A stretch of DNA of 64,000 bases from positions 129,977 through 193,976 of the forward strand of contig JBEHYY010000001.1 of assembly GCA_048497935.1 (NCBI GenBank). The letters are read 5' to 3'. The first letter of the stretch is position 1, and each line of letters starts with the position of its first letter. The position numbers and the translations under genes are program-made. The stretch is from Verrucomicrobiota bacterium (lineage in GTDB: Bacteria; Verrucomicrobiota; Verrucomicrobiia; Opitutales; JABDGR01). Positions 29,898 through 39,776 of this stretch are shown piece after piece. The notes under the pieces are model-generated. The model was not told the DNA's origin and did no database searches. It saw only the letters and a program-made list of their open reading frames with translations.

Positions 29898-29982
29898 GCA
29901 TGCCTAATTAATGAATTTCCCCTATTTATCAACCTTGCAAAAATCATTCCAAGTTCGCTTCTGATATGGTAAGCCTGACCTT

Positions 29983-30804
29983 GTGACAAGCATCAGCATA
30001 GTTGTAGTTACTTATAACGACCCGCTGCGCTTGCGGCTGTGCTTGTTTGGCCTGCTGAGACAGATAGAATGTGCCTACGAGTTGATTGTTGTCCATGACG
30101 GGGGCAATCGAGAGATCAATCAACCCGTTTTTGACGAACTACGACGGCATGGGCGTGATATTTCGGAAGTTTGGCTGGGGCCCGAGACTCCCGAATTCAG
30201 GCTTTCAGCAGCCCGCAATCTTGGCCTTAAATTGGCCCATGGGTCACGGGTATTATTCATCGACGGAGATTGTATTCTCGCCCCTGACGTGGTGCGTGCA
30301 CATCTGGCCTATGCCGACACTCCTGTGCTGGTGGCTGGCGCACGAAAGCGGCTCCCCATAGAATGCGCAGATTCCTTGCAGCCAGAGCATTTTGGCCAAC
30401 TTGAAGACTACGTTACCAGCATTGACGAAAGATATCAATTGTATGGGCCGAAATACGTTGCACTTAGAGATGCCCTACGAACGGGCGAGAAAACCATCGT
30501 GCTGACGAGCTATGCCCAAGTTTGGGGATTTCAGATCAGTGTGCCGACGAATTTGGCGCGGCAAATCGGCGGCTTCAACGAGGAATTTGTTGGTTACGGA
30601 GGAGAAGATGAGGAGTTTGCCGCTAGAATGACCCAAGTCGGGGTTTCGCTTTTAGGCCGTTTCGATTTGATTTCATATCACTTGGATCATCCACCCCGGC
30701 ATTCTGGCAAAAGAACTTGGCTCACGCGTGTTCTGGAATCGGTGCGTAGGCCGAGCCCGGTCCGCAATGGAGGGCCCCTAACGGGTCCGGCCAGCTTGCC
30801 TTAA
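29983..30804 (+). CDS. GT2 glycosyltransferase with GT7-C motif
   Basis: SIVVVTYN, VHDGG, SAARNLG, FIDGD, GGFNEEFVGYGGED. Confidence 0.9.
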   Translation: MTSISIVVVTYNDPLRLRLCLFGLLRQIECAYELIVVHDGGNREINQPVFDELRRHGRDISEVWLGPETPEFRLSAARNLGLKLAHGSRVLFIDGDCILAPDVVRAHLAYADTPVLVAGARKRLPIECADSLQPEHFGQLEDYVTSIDERYQLYGPKYVALRDALRTGEKTIVLTSYAQVWGFQISVPTNLARQIGGFNEEFVGYGGEDEEFAARMTQVGVSLLGRFDLISYHLDHPPRHSGKRTWLTRVLESVRRPSPVRNGGPLTGPASLP

Positions 30805-30822
30805 GCAAACCACTGTTTCTCA

Positions 30823-31566
30823 ATGCAGAGCAATCCAGAGCCATCCTACGGCCGATTAGACGACCAATCCCATGCTGGATCAGGGGAATTGGGCATCGTC
30901 TTCCTTCACCATGATATAAACGAGGCCGTGCAGGTCAATTTGCAGAGCATTCGCCGGAGTAACCCTGAAGCAAAAATAGTTACCATGAGCGCTGGTGCTG
31001 CACTTCCCGAAGGCTATTCCTTGGAGGCAACCCCGGAAATCAGAAAATTCCACCTTGGCAGCAAGACCACCGGGGCGGATTGGTTGTTATGCTCGTGGTT
31101 TTCCCAGCGTAAAGAACATTGTCGAAAATGGTGGATTGTCGAATGGGATGTCTTTTGCTTGATTTCCGTTCGGCATTTTTATGCCCCAGTTTGGCATTTT
31201 CCTTTCGTGGCTTCGAGCGTGCGGTTGCGCCATCGCGAAGCGGAATGGTTCTGGTTCAAGGATATTAAATCTCTGCCCGAGGCCTGCCGGCCCTACGCCA
31301 TGGGCACGGTGCCATTTCTATATTTGTTATCTGAAGAAGCGCTTGCGCGGATTTGTTCAAATTATCTGGAAAATCCAATTATAGCCGGGAACTCTGAGTT
31401 GCGGTTCACAACGGTGGCCAATATGTGCGGTTATCCGCCTTGCGGATTTAGCCCCCCTGGGGATCAAATCGGCTGCAATCCATGGATGGTCTTGCCCAAG
31501 CATAAGAGCATTTTGCACCCGGTAAAACGCCCCATGGTGAGTAGCTTGCCGGAGCGCCCCGCTTAA
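30823..31566 (+). CDS. Hypothetical, probable GT-A-like protein (DUF3405-like)
   Basis: WWIVEWDV (DxD-like), ELRFTTVA, terminal HPVK. Confidence 0.6.
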   Translation: MQSNPEPSYGRLDDQSHAGSGELGIVFLHHDINEAVQVNLQSIRRSNPEAKIVTMSAGAALPEGYSLEATPEIRKFHLGSKTTGADWLLCSWFSQRKEHCRKWWIVEWDVFCLISVRHFYAPVWHFPFVASSVRLRHREAEWFWFKDIKSLPEACRPYAMGTVPFLYLLSEEALARICSNYLENPIIAGNSELRFTTVANMCGYPPCGFSPPGDQIGCNPWMVLPKHKSILHPVKRPMVSSLPERPA

Positions 31567-32243
31567 TCACGCGTCGGCACCGATCGCGGGCCCACATGCT
31601 TCAGCCAATTGAAATGCGGGTTGTCGAGCATCAGGCCCGGTAAATGCGCATACTTCAGGCCCGCCTTGTAAGCGGCGTAATTGAAGCTCAACTGATCACG
31701 ACGTGAGCCTTCCATGATCTCTCGGTGCCAGATCTCATTGAATTGCTCAACCAACTGAGTGTGCCTGCGGAACAGGACTGAGCATACGGCAAAGCCGTTG
31801 TTGAGCGGATAACCTTCCTGAAAATATTTTCGCATTTGCCGATCGATGGTTTCGAGCGAATCCAGGCTCTGCCTCGCGCATGTTCTGCCCTCTTGATAAA
31901 GGCAATTGCGGTAACGGTGCTTAAACACGGCAAGATCGTGCTCACCCAAATACGCTTCGACCCATTGGGGCAACGGCAGGTTGGATTTGACTTCCATGCT
32001 GCCATCGATCCAGAGGCTGTACTGCGCTTCCGGAAAATAGCGATGCGGCAGGATTTTGTGCACTTTAGCATTGCGGCATGGATCCGAAAATTTCTGAAAT
32101 ATCGGCCGGACTTCCCAACCGGATGCGGGTTGGGCTTCCTCCAGAAAAGCAATAAAGTCAGCCTGACCTCTCCATTGACTGGGAACTGGCCGCAGGGGAT
32201 CGTAGCCCTTGGTGATTGCTGTATAGACGACGAAGTTTTTCAT
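31563..32243 (-). CDS. DUF616 (TOD1/MUCI70-like) glycosyltransferase
   Basis: VVYTAITKGYD, KILPHRYF, SLWIDGS, RDQLSFNY; ATGA-coupled to upstream gene. Confidence 0.88.
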   Translation of the reverse strand: MKNFVVYTAITKGYDPLRPVPSQWRGQADFIAFLEEAQPASGWEVRPIFQKFSDPCRNAKVHKILPHRYFPEAQYSLWIDGSMEVKSNLPLPQWVEAYLGEHDLAVFKHRYRNCLYQEGRTCARQSLDSLETIDRQMRKYFQEGYPLNNGFAVCSVLFRRHTQLVEQFNEIWHREIMEGSRRDQLSFNYAAYKAGLKYAHLPGLMLDNPHFNWLKHVGPRSVPTRD

Positions 32244-33115
32244 AACGATTTTAGCAGCGCTTCGTATTTTTTCACAATCATCGTAATATGAAAATCCGCT
32301 GCCCGTCGGAGGCAATTGTCTCGCAATAGATTGTAGAGCGCATCGTCGCTTTGCAAGGCTGCGACCCATTGACTGCAGTCCTCCACGGTTGAAAAAATAG
32401 TGCAATCCGGTCCCAGCTCACGATACGCCGGCTCATCGCTCGAGATGGAAGGGATGCCAAAGCCCATGCTGTTGATCAGCTTGATGCCGGAGTTCACCGT
32501 CACATGAAAGCCCAGCACTTCCTTGGCCAGCCGGTCTTTGACCGTCGCGGACAAATGGGATTGGGCCGGCACCCTCCGCAAGTGCGGATGGTCGCCGACA
32601 TGCCGCAAGTTAAGGCTGATGCCGGTTTTGCGAAAAACTTGAATGATGGTCTCTTGCGACAGGCCATCGTCGCGATATATGTCGCAGTCAATATTCTCCA
32701 AAGGCGGCAGCCAATGGCGGCAGCCCAGCCAGGTCGGGCGGCGAAGCAACGCATCGTTGGGCGTGCCTTCAAAATTGCAGTGATGGTGGTGAATGACCTC
32801 CACCCGGCCCAAGTCATTAAAACGGCGGCGAACAAATTCGGTGCTGGCCAGATAAACCTCAACCCCTTTTTTCGGGGGGTGGAGATCAATGATGTCCCAG
32901 ACGACTTTCCCTCTTTGGGAAAGGGCTTCCAGAACACCCGGGCCCAGGACGGGTTTTACGCACAAAAATGCGGAATAGCGGCTGGGAAGGTTGCCGACAT
33001 TCAGATCTTCCAGCAAATAATCGCAACCCAATCGCGTGGCGATATCCAGGCAGCGCACCTGGGTGCTGGAAGGGTGTTTGGCGTTGCCCACAAAGAGTAC
33101 ATGCTTGAGATCCAT
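32240..33115 (-). CDS. Putative GT-B glycosyltransferase-like protein
   Basis: VVWDIID, KLINSMGFGIPSISSDEPAYRE resembling GT4 C-terminal motif. Confidence 0.6.
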   Translation of the reverse strand: MDLKHVLFVGNAKHPSSTQVRCLDIATRLGCDYLLEDLNVGNLPSRYSAFLCVKPVLGPGVLEALSQRGKVVWDIIDLHPPKKGVEVYLASTEFVRRRFNDLGRVEVIHHHHCNFEGTPNDALLRRPTWLGCRHWLPPLENIDCDIYRDDGLSQETIIQVFRKTGISLNLRHVGDHPHLRRVPAQSHLSATVKDRLAKEVLGFHVTVNSGIKLINSMGFGIPSISSDEPAYRELGPDCTIFSTVEDCSQWVAALQSDDALYNLLRDNCLRRAADFHITMIVKKYEALLKSL

Positions 33116-33411
33116 GGTGTGTGGCAATGAGATGTGTGAGGCTATTGGCCCTCCGGTCGATGCTAAGGCTTAGGGTGTGATATGGGACGGTCAAGTTCAA
33201 GATATTAGATGCATATCACTGTCCTAGCTATTTTTTGCTCTATGATTTAGCATTTTAAAATAATAATTCCCATGCGATATAGTCTATGCTTCATGATAAA
33301 AACTCAAAACCTTACCTAATTGATTATCTTCCGTTGACAAGTTCTTCTCGTTGGTAAAAATCAGCTTAACGCATTGAATTTTTCCATTAAAAACGCCCAA
33401 CCCTAACTCTC

Positions 33412-33882
33412 ATGAAAATTATTCGCGCACTGCTTCTCGCTATTGGGTTATTCGGAATTACTAGTCCCGCTTTTGGGATCACAATTTGCTGGTCTGGCGT
33501 TTCAGCAAATGATCCTAGCGTTACCGGCTCTGGATCCACTTGGGCCGTAGGTAATTTTTCCGGCCCCACGCAATCAGCAGATGGGACGGCGTGTACAGCA
33601 GATATTGCCTGTCAAGTTACATATTTCTATTTTACGGGACATGTTTCCCAATATGTTGTACAGGCATGGTGCCAATCCCCATATTACCACGATTACACCG
33701 AAATTTTCAATTCAATGTGGGGAAATGAAATTGATGGTTTTTCATATCATATCACGGGCATTGCTGCCCCTTTATCCGGCTGGTGCTCGGAAACAGGTGA
33801 TGCTACTTTTTATGACAGCAGCAATGCACAACTTGGCTCGATTCATCATTATCTAGACGGGTATCTTGATGCTGAGAACTAG
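33412..33882 (+). CDS. Small secreted beta-rich protein, module copy 1
   Basis: Signal peptide ..TSPAFG; 5 Cys; similar to 39114-39620. Confidence 0.75.
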   Translation: MKIIRALLLAIGLFGITSPAFGITICWSGVSANDPSVTGSGSTWAVGNFSGPTQSADGTACTADIACQVTYFYFTGHVSQYVVQAWCQSPYYHDYTEIFNSMWGNEIDGFSYHITGIAAPLSGWCSETGDATFYDSSNAQLGSIHHYLDGYLDAEN

Positions 33883-33906
33883 GCTGTGATTCATGAAACA
33901 GATACC

Positions 33907-36261
33907 CTAGGGGCGATTTATTGGGATTTTCATAGCCTTCTTTAAGTTGTTTTCAATAATCAGCAGATTTTGTGGATTTTGAATCATCCTAGTTAAATTA
34001 TCGTGCTGGCTGGCGGGTAAGTTGGCGGCGTCAAGCGCAGCTTGCGCGGCACTGGGGTTAGTCGGCACCCAAGCGGAAAGCGCACCAATCAAAGCATTCA
34101 TCCTGGCGTTGCTTTCGCTTACGGTGACGGCCAAAGCAAAAGCTCCTGCGGGGTCACTAGTAGATTGCCCACGCTGCACAACTTCGATAATGGCTGCATC
34201 GCGCTCCGGGCCTGCCGGAAGGGTTGAAACCCATTGTACGGAGGCTGGCATATCTTGTGCCACCCAATTACGGGCCAATTCAGTGGCTGCTGATACCCGG
34301 GCAGCTCCCGCCGGTAACGAAGCCAAAGCTTGGGCTGCTTGTGATGGATCAGTTTTACTCAAGACGGGGATATTACCCGCGACCGATGCCGACATGGCGC
34401 TATCACGCGTCGCCCCGTTGGGCAAGGATTCCGCCCAGGCATAGGCTGCTTGGCCATCCGATTTGGCCCAAGCCGCAGCGACCAACTGCGCCACCGTCGG
34501 GCCAAGATAAGGATCAGAGGCGAGACTTTGCGCGTAAGCCGCCGCCCCAGTAGGATTTGAGGAAGCAAACGCACCGATAACATTTTGCAGGACCTGCTTT
34601 CGGGTAACATCCGGAGTGCCTTCAGGCAGATTTCGCACCCAAGTCAGGGCGGACTGAATGTCCTTGGCTGTCATCTGGCTGGCCAACAGTAAAACCATGC
34701 TGTCCCGGTTCGAACTGGGGGACATCTCTGCCACATAGGCAGATGCCGTTAAAGGGTCCGACTGGATAAATTGCGGCAAAACTTTGTTCACCGCTGAATT
34801 CAAAGAACTGCCAGCTAAGTTGCCGTACACCCAGGACAAAGCTGAGGCAGCATCTGTTTTAGCCCAGGTGGCAAGCACCTGCTGAATATAATTATTACGT
34901 TGGTTATCGTCATCAACGTGCACGGCAACAGCCATGGCTGCTGCCGGGTCACTTTTGCTCATAACAGCAAGAACTTGAGCAACCGCCTTTGTATGAGCCG
35001 TCCCGGTAGTATTCTGGTCCAGCCATGCTAATGCGGAATTAGGGTCGGTGTTAGCCCAAATAGCGGACAGCATACCGACGAGATTGTTACGTGAAAGACC
35101 AGCTGGCAGCGCAGCTACAATATCAGCGGCGGCATGCAAGTCTTGCGTGGCGAGTTTACTAATGCTCAGGGCGATGGCTTTATCCCGCTCGACAGCAAAG
35201 GGCAGGGATAGGGCTGCCTGCAGAGCAGCCTTGGGGTCTAATGCCGCCCAACTGCTAAAAAGGCTTTGGGCCGCCTCCAACAAGCCAGCTCCAGGCGGCA
35301 AGTCGTGTAACGCCGCAAAGGCTGTCGTAGGATCCTTCTTGCTCCATTTGAGGAACAGGTCTTTATAAGCTGCGGCGGTCCGTTGGCTGGGCGGCAGGTT
35401 GCGCAATGCCGCAAAGGCCCGGGCTGGGTCGCTATTAGCCAAGGCGCCGAAAATCGTGTATAGGATCTTGCGGCGGATTTCTGCGCTGTCAATTTGATCC
35501 AAGGCCGCAAAGGCAGCAATCGGGTCGAGGCCGGCCCAACGTTTAAACAGCACCTCCAAAAGGTTGGCTCCGCCTTGACCGGAGGAAAGGCTTTTGACTG
35601 CGGCGACTGCGCCAAGGGGGTCGGCGCCCTGCACCCAAGCAGTCAGCACAGCGTCAATGGCCGCTGTGCGAAAGGCAGCATTGCCGATAGCCAAAGCAGA
35701 ATCCAAGGCCAGCTTCGGGTTGATGCTCGCCCAAACGCCCAGCACGTTCTTGAGCATCGTCGGGTCGCCATCGCGCACCGAGCTGGTCATGGCGTAGCCA
35801 AAAGCGCTTTGCGGATCTGCAGTCGTCCATTTAGCGAAGGCCAAGTCCCTGACGTGATTGCGGAGCGCTTCTTCTGGGCAAGTGCGGACTTGGTCAAGCA
35901 AGTTAGCCAGTTGCGCTACTGGAGTTTTCTCGATCAGTGAGACTACGGCCAGCAAGCGCGCCGAGCCGGCATACTTCTTTATAATCTCAGCCAAGGCACT
36001 CTTGGGATCCCACGCCACATTCTTGGGCAAGGCTGCCGTACTGCCGGGGATCACTGCAGGCGGCCGTATATAAATCTCGGCCTTGGCCTGCGTCGAAGAG
36101 GACGCTACGGGTATGAAGTGAAAGCCCAAATTGCGGCCTAAAACAAATGCTCCCGCCAATACCAAAGTACCCAAGATATAGCCCACCCCTAGCTGCCAGC
36201 CGGGCGATTTCCGCTGGAGTACCGGGTTGCTTGTTGGAATGTCTGGTGGGGTACGATTCAT
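33907..36261 (-). CDS. Membrane-anchored alpha-solenoid repeat protein, type A copy 1
   Basis: N-terminal TM; many W-x3-DP-xAA-x2-W/A..LP repeats. Confidence 0.85.
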   Translation of the reverse strand: MNRTPPDIPTSNPVLQRKSPGWQLGVGYILGTLVLAGAFVLGRNLGFHFIPVASSSTQAKAEIYIRPPAVIPGSTAALPKNVAWDPKSALAEIIKKYAGSARLLAVVSLIEKTPVAQLANLLDQVRTCPEEALRNHVRDLAFAKWTTADPQSAFGYAMTSSVRDGDPTMLKNVLGVWASINPKLALDSALAIGNAAFRTAAIDAVLTAWVQGADPLGAVAAVKSLSSGQGGANLLEVLFKRWAGLDPIAAFAALDQIDSAEIRRKILYTIFGALANSDPARAFAALRNLPPSQRTAAAYKDLFLKWSKKDPTTAFAALHDLPPGAGLLEAAQSLFSSWAALDPKAALQAALSLPFAVERDKAIALSISKLATQDLHAAADIVAALPAGLSRNNLVGMLSAIWANTDPNSALAWLDQNTTGTAHTKAVAQVLAVMSKSDPAAAMAVAVHVDDDNQRNNYIQQVLATWAKTDAASALSWVYGNLAGSSLNSAVNKVLPQFIQSDPLTASAYVAEMSPSSNRDSMVLLLASQMTAKDIQSALTWVRNLPEGTPDVTRKQVLQNVIGAFASSNPTGAAAYAQSLASDPYLGPTVAQLVAAAWAKSDGQAAYAWAESLPNGATRDSAMSASVAGNIPVLSKTDPSQAAQALASLPAGAARVSAATELARNWVAQDMPASVQWVSTLPAGPERDAAIIEVVQRGQSTSDPAGAFALAVTVSESNARMNALIGALSAWVPTNPSAAQAALDAANLPASQHDNLTRMIQNPQNLLIIENNLKKAMKIPINRP

Positions 36262-36286
36262 GGATCAAATAGTCGGCTTTATGGTG

Positions 36287-38647
36287 TTATGGCCCATTCC
36301 CCTTTTGCGCACCGTTATTACTATCAGGCTGGCCGGAGGGTTGATTTGATTCGGAGGAATTATTTCCACCGCTCGTGCTACTTTCTTGCTGCAAAGGAAC
36401 GGTAACCGGCCCGGAACCATTGGGAATTACTGTCACTGTATGGCCGGTCATCATCATGAGCCCGCCAGCACTTTTTTGTATCGAATACGCCTGTTGCAAC
36501 TGGTTGAAACGCGCGGCAGCGGCTGATTTCAATTCACCGGATGGTAAATCCGCCACCCATTGACCGGCTGCATCCGGATCGTGACTCATCCAAGTTGTAA
36601 CCAGTAAACTTGCCACGTTTTCAGTGTTGTAAGAACCTGCCGGCAATGCGGCAACGGCATGGGCTGCAGCGCCAGGATCAGTCTGACTCCAAGTATTTAC
36701 AATCGAAGCGAATGAGATATGATTATCATTAGTTTCTAATTGTTTAACCGCCTCATCCCAAGCAGCCGCCGGATCTGCTTGAGACATATTGAAAAGGGCT
36801 GCGCTAACTGCGACCGATTGGGTATACCCTTGCGGCAGTGTTTTCGCCCAATCGAATGCAGCTTGGTAATCACTTTTGGCCCAAACATCCGCTACGCCGC
36901 TGGCAATCGTATTAAAATCCGAGGATGACGTAGGGAGAGTCTCGGCATAATAAGCTGCTCCTGCGGGATCAATAGCCGCCCAGTTTTTGACAACGATGTT
37001 AGCCATCGCATCATGCCGTGCTTGATCCGAAATATCCGATGGCAGATTTTTCACCCACTCCAAGGCCACACGAATATCCTGTTGGGCCAGTGCCGAGGCC
37101 AAATTAACAATTGCAGAATCACGGAGTGGGCCATCCGGCAACCGCATGACATAGCCGATTTCCGCTTGGGGGTCGGCTTCGATGACAATCGGCAGCACTG
37201 TGGAAAGGGCGAGTTCGCGTATATCGCCGGTTAGATTGTCCTGCACCCACGCCAAGGCTGCCGCCGCATCAGCCTTGGCCCAATTGCCTACGGCAGTTTG
37301 CAGATACTTGTCATGCAGTGCGCCCGTGGGCAGTTGGGCGATGTAGGCCATGGCGGCCGTCGCATCTGTCTTACCCAGCTTATTCAGCACGTCGCCCACT
37401 GCCTCGTCGTGGACGTTGCCGGAGACGTTTTTGTCTAACCAAGCCAGCGCGTTGGCCGGGTCGGCATCGGCCCACGTTCCGGATATGTATTGTTTGATGA
37501 GATTATTACGGTCGGCTCCCGGTGGCAGGCTAACGATAAAGTCGGCTGCATGTTCTGGGTCTTGCATTGCGTAATTGGCCAAGACCATCGAAAATGCGTG
37601 TTCGCGATCCTGGGCCGCCGGCAGGGTCTGGGCCGCAGACAGCGCCGCGGCGGGATCTGATTCCGACCAGGCGTTAAAAGCGGCCTCAATGGCCGTTTGC
37701 CGGAAGGTCCCGGCCGACATGCCTTGTAGGGCAGCAAAAGCCGCGTTGGGATCCAGCCGCGCCCAGGTTTGAAAAATCTCGTGATAGGCGAGCGGTAACT
37801 GTTGATTAGAGGGCAATTCGCGTAGCAGGTTGAAGGCCTTAATCGGGTCGCTTAAGGCGAGATTGCTCAGGATGATGCCTCGGGCAATAGTGCGCGTATC
37901 CTCGCTTTCAATCTTGTCGACATTGGCCCAAGCGGCGAGGGGATCTACCTCCGACCAACGTTGAAAAAACCACTTCATTTCGTTGGGGATGGTTGATCCA
38001 GGAGGGAGTGCCTTCAAGGCCGCCAATCCCTCCAGCGCATCATCCCGGCGCACCCAATTGTTGAATATCTTGGTTACGGCATCCTGCCGAAATGCCGCAT
38101 CGTCCAGCTTCAGGGCGGCAGCCAATGCGGCATGCGGGTCGTTTCGGGCCCACATGGCAAAGATGTTGGAAATAGGGGTGTTCTCCGGCTTGCCCTCGCG
38201 CATAGTTGGAAGCGCAAAAGCCAAAGCCGCCTGCGGGTCGTCTGCCACCCATTTGGCATAGGCAAAATCCGTGACTGCGCGGCGCACTGCCGAATCCGGG
38301 CAACTGGCCGCCAATTGAATTAGACTGGCTAATTCATTCACGGGCGTGTTTTCAATCAGTTGGGCTACAGCCAAGATACGCTCACCGTTGGCATATTTCC
38401 TCAAAATCTCCCCCAAAACGCTCTTGGGATTCCACTTTGGAATCAACAGGCTGGATACGGGCTTGGCGACCGGAGTGTGGCCCTGCACCTTGGCCTTGGC
38501 CTCCGCCCGACCATATCCCCATCCCACGGCCAATGCCGCCAAGATTGCCAAAACAGCCACCCCATATCGAATAACGCACAATTGGGTTGGCGGCATCGGC
38601 GGAAGCCGTCCTGAACGATCGTTTGTCCCCTGCTGCGCTGCGGTCAT
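36287..38647 (-). CDS. Membrane-anchored alpha-solenoid repeat protein, type B copy 1
   Basis: N-terminal TM (VGWGYGR); same repeat class. Confidence 0.85.
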   Translation of the reverse strand: MTAAQQGTNDRSGRLPPMPPTQLCVIRYGVAVLAILAALAVGWGYGRAEAKAKVQGHTPVAKPVSSLLIPKWNPKSVLGEILRKYANGERILAVAQLIENTPVNELASLIQLAASCPDSAVRRAVTDFAYAKWVADDPQAALAFALPTMREGKPENTPISNIFAMWARNDPHAALAAALKLDDAAFRQDAVTKIFNNWVRRDDALEGLAALKALPPGSTIPNEMKWFFQRWSEVDPLAAWANVDKIESEDTRTIARGIILSNLALSDPIKAFNLLRELPSNQQLPLAYHEIFQTWARLDPNAAFAALQGMSAGTFRQTAIEAAFNAWSESDPAAALSAAQTLPAAQDREHAFSMVLANYAMQDPEHAADFIVSLPPGADRNNLIKQYISGTWADADPANALAWLDKNVSGNVHDEAVGDVLNKLGKTDATAAMAYIAQLPTGALHDKYLQTAVGNWAKADAAAALAWVQDNLTGDIRELALSTVLPIVIEADPQAEIGYVMRLPDGPLRDSAIVNLASALAQQDIRVALEWVKNLPSDISDQARHDAMANIVVKNWAAIDPAGAAYYAETLPTSSSDFNTIASGVADVWAKSDYQAAFDWAKTLPQGYTQSVAVSAALFNMSQADPAAAWDEAVKQLETNDNHISFASIVNTWSQTDPGAAAHAVAALPAGSYNTENVASLLVTTWMSHDPDAAGQWVADLPSGELKSAAAARFNQLQQAYSIQKSAGGLMMMTGHTVTVIPNGSGPVTVPLQQESSTSGGNNSSESNQPSGQPDSNNGAQKGNGP

Positions 38648-38677
38648 GGGATGGAGGGGGTTAAGCCTAGCCCAGAC

Positions 38678-38710
38678 AAATTGTAACTAATCAAACCAAA
38701 CGTCAATACC
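38678..38710 (-). promoter_or_regulatory. Conserved promoter-like motif upstream of solenoid pair 1
   Basis: Minus strand GGTATTGACGTTTG-..-TACAATTT, conserved at 44614-44646. Confidence 0.55.
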
Positions 38711-39113
38711 TGTATCACTTCGCCATAGCCCACCCGGCGGCAAATATTGCACCCGCCGACACTGCGAACGAAATAACGCGCCGTCGGGTTTCCGGTAGAA
38801 GCTCCCTATACCGTCTTTTGTATCATGGCGTGTTTTCTTTATACATGAGCCGAGGTAAAGCCGCACTAAATTAGCCCGCGCCCACAAGGGTCGGAAGCTG
38901 ATGGTCATTCGTTATCAAAATTCATCCATAACGGCACGACTTATGCTACCATAAAATATAAAGTTTTATTTCTGTGTCTTTTTTGCCATTGACGGACTGC
39001 TAGGATTAGACGATTATCTGCGGTACTAAAAGGGATTTGTTTTTAAACCCACCCACTCAAGAATGCCTGAACAACCTTGGATCTCTTACTCAAAACACCA
39101 ACCCCTTATCCTT

Positions 39114-39620
39114 ATGAAACTCTTTCGTCCGTTCTTAATGGTCGTCGCCATTTTTGGATTTGTTAGTCCGGCACACGCCTACCTAAACTGCTGCTATCTC
39201 GATGACAATCCGGGGACTAGCATAGATACATCCGGAACTTCCGCTTTCACTGCCAGTAATACATCCGCCACAAATGATATTTTTGCAACTACCGCCACGG
39301 GCCCCACGTCCCAGCGAAATACTTCAGATACATATATTACAATTGCCGACTATTCCATTGATGTGTATCAAGATCCGCAGCGGGAGCGCTGGTTTTGGGA
39401 TGGCTCCTCCACCCTGATTATAAATGACACTATCACCGTTGATCATGATGATTTTTTTGGCTACGAAACTGATTTGTTTCATGTTGATGTAATAAGCCTG
39501 GATCCCACTTCTTATTATGCATATGAGAACTACGAGTGGGGGACCTATTACGACGGCAATCCTTCCGATGCGACATATTTTCATTACGTTGATGTTGGCT
39601 TTGTAAACTGCGGTCCGTGA
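39114..39620 (+). CDS. Small secreted beta-rich protein, module copy 2
   Basis: Signal peptide MKLFRPFLMVVAIFGFVSPAHA from ATG 39114. Confidence 0.75.
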   Translation: MKLFRPFLMVVAIFGFVSPAHAYLNCCYLDDNPGTSIDTSGTSAFTASNTSATNDIFATTATGPTSQRNTSDTYITIADYSIDVYQDPQRERWFWDGSSTLIINDTITVDHDDFFGYETDLFHVDVISLDPTSYYAYENYEWGTYYDGNPSDATYFHYVDVGFVNCGP

Positions 39621-39776
39621 TGGTTTTTTATTCTTATGGAACAACGGATCAGAAGACCGTGATATGTCACTGGGCTGCGGGGAGATCCTCTATTAAGTGA
39701 ATTTTCGCCAGATAAGTGAAACGACTTATCCAAATTTCAAGCGTTCCCTCGCGGAAGTTTTTATGCCAAGCTTAGA

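Noticed and set aside
38687-38908. 73-aa ORF between the duplicated modules
   Set aside because: No motif, overlaps the conserved promoter, no counterpart in the second module
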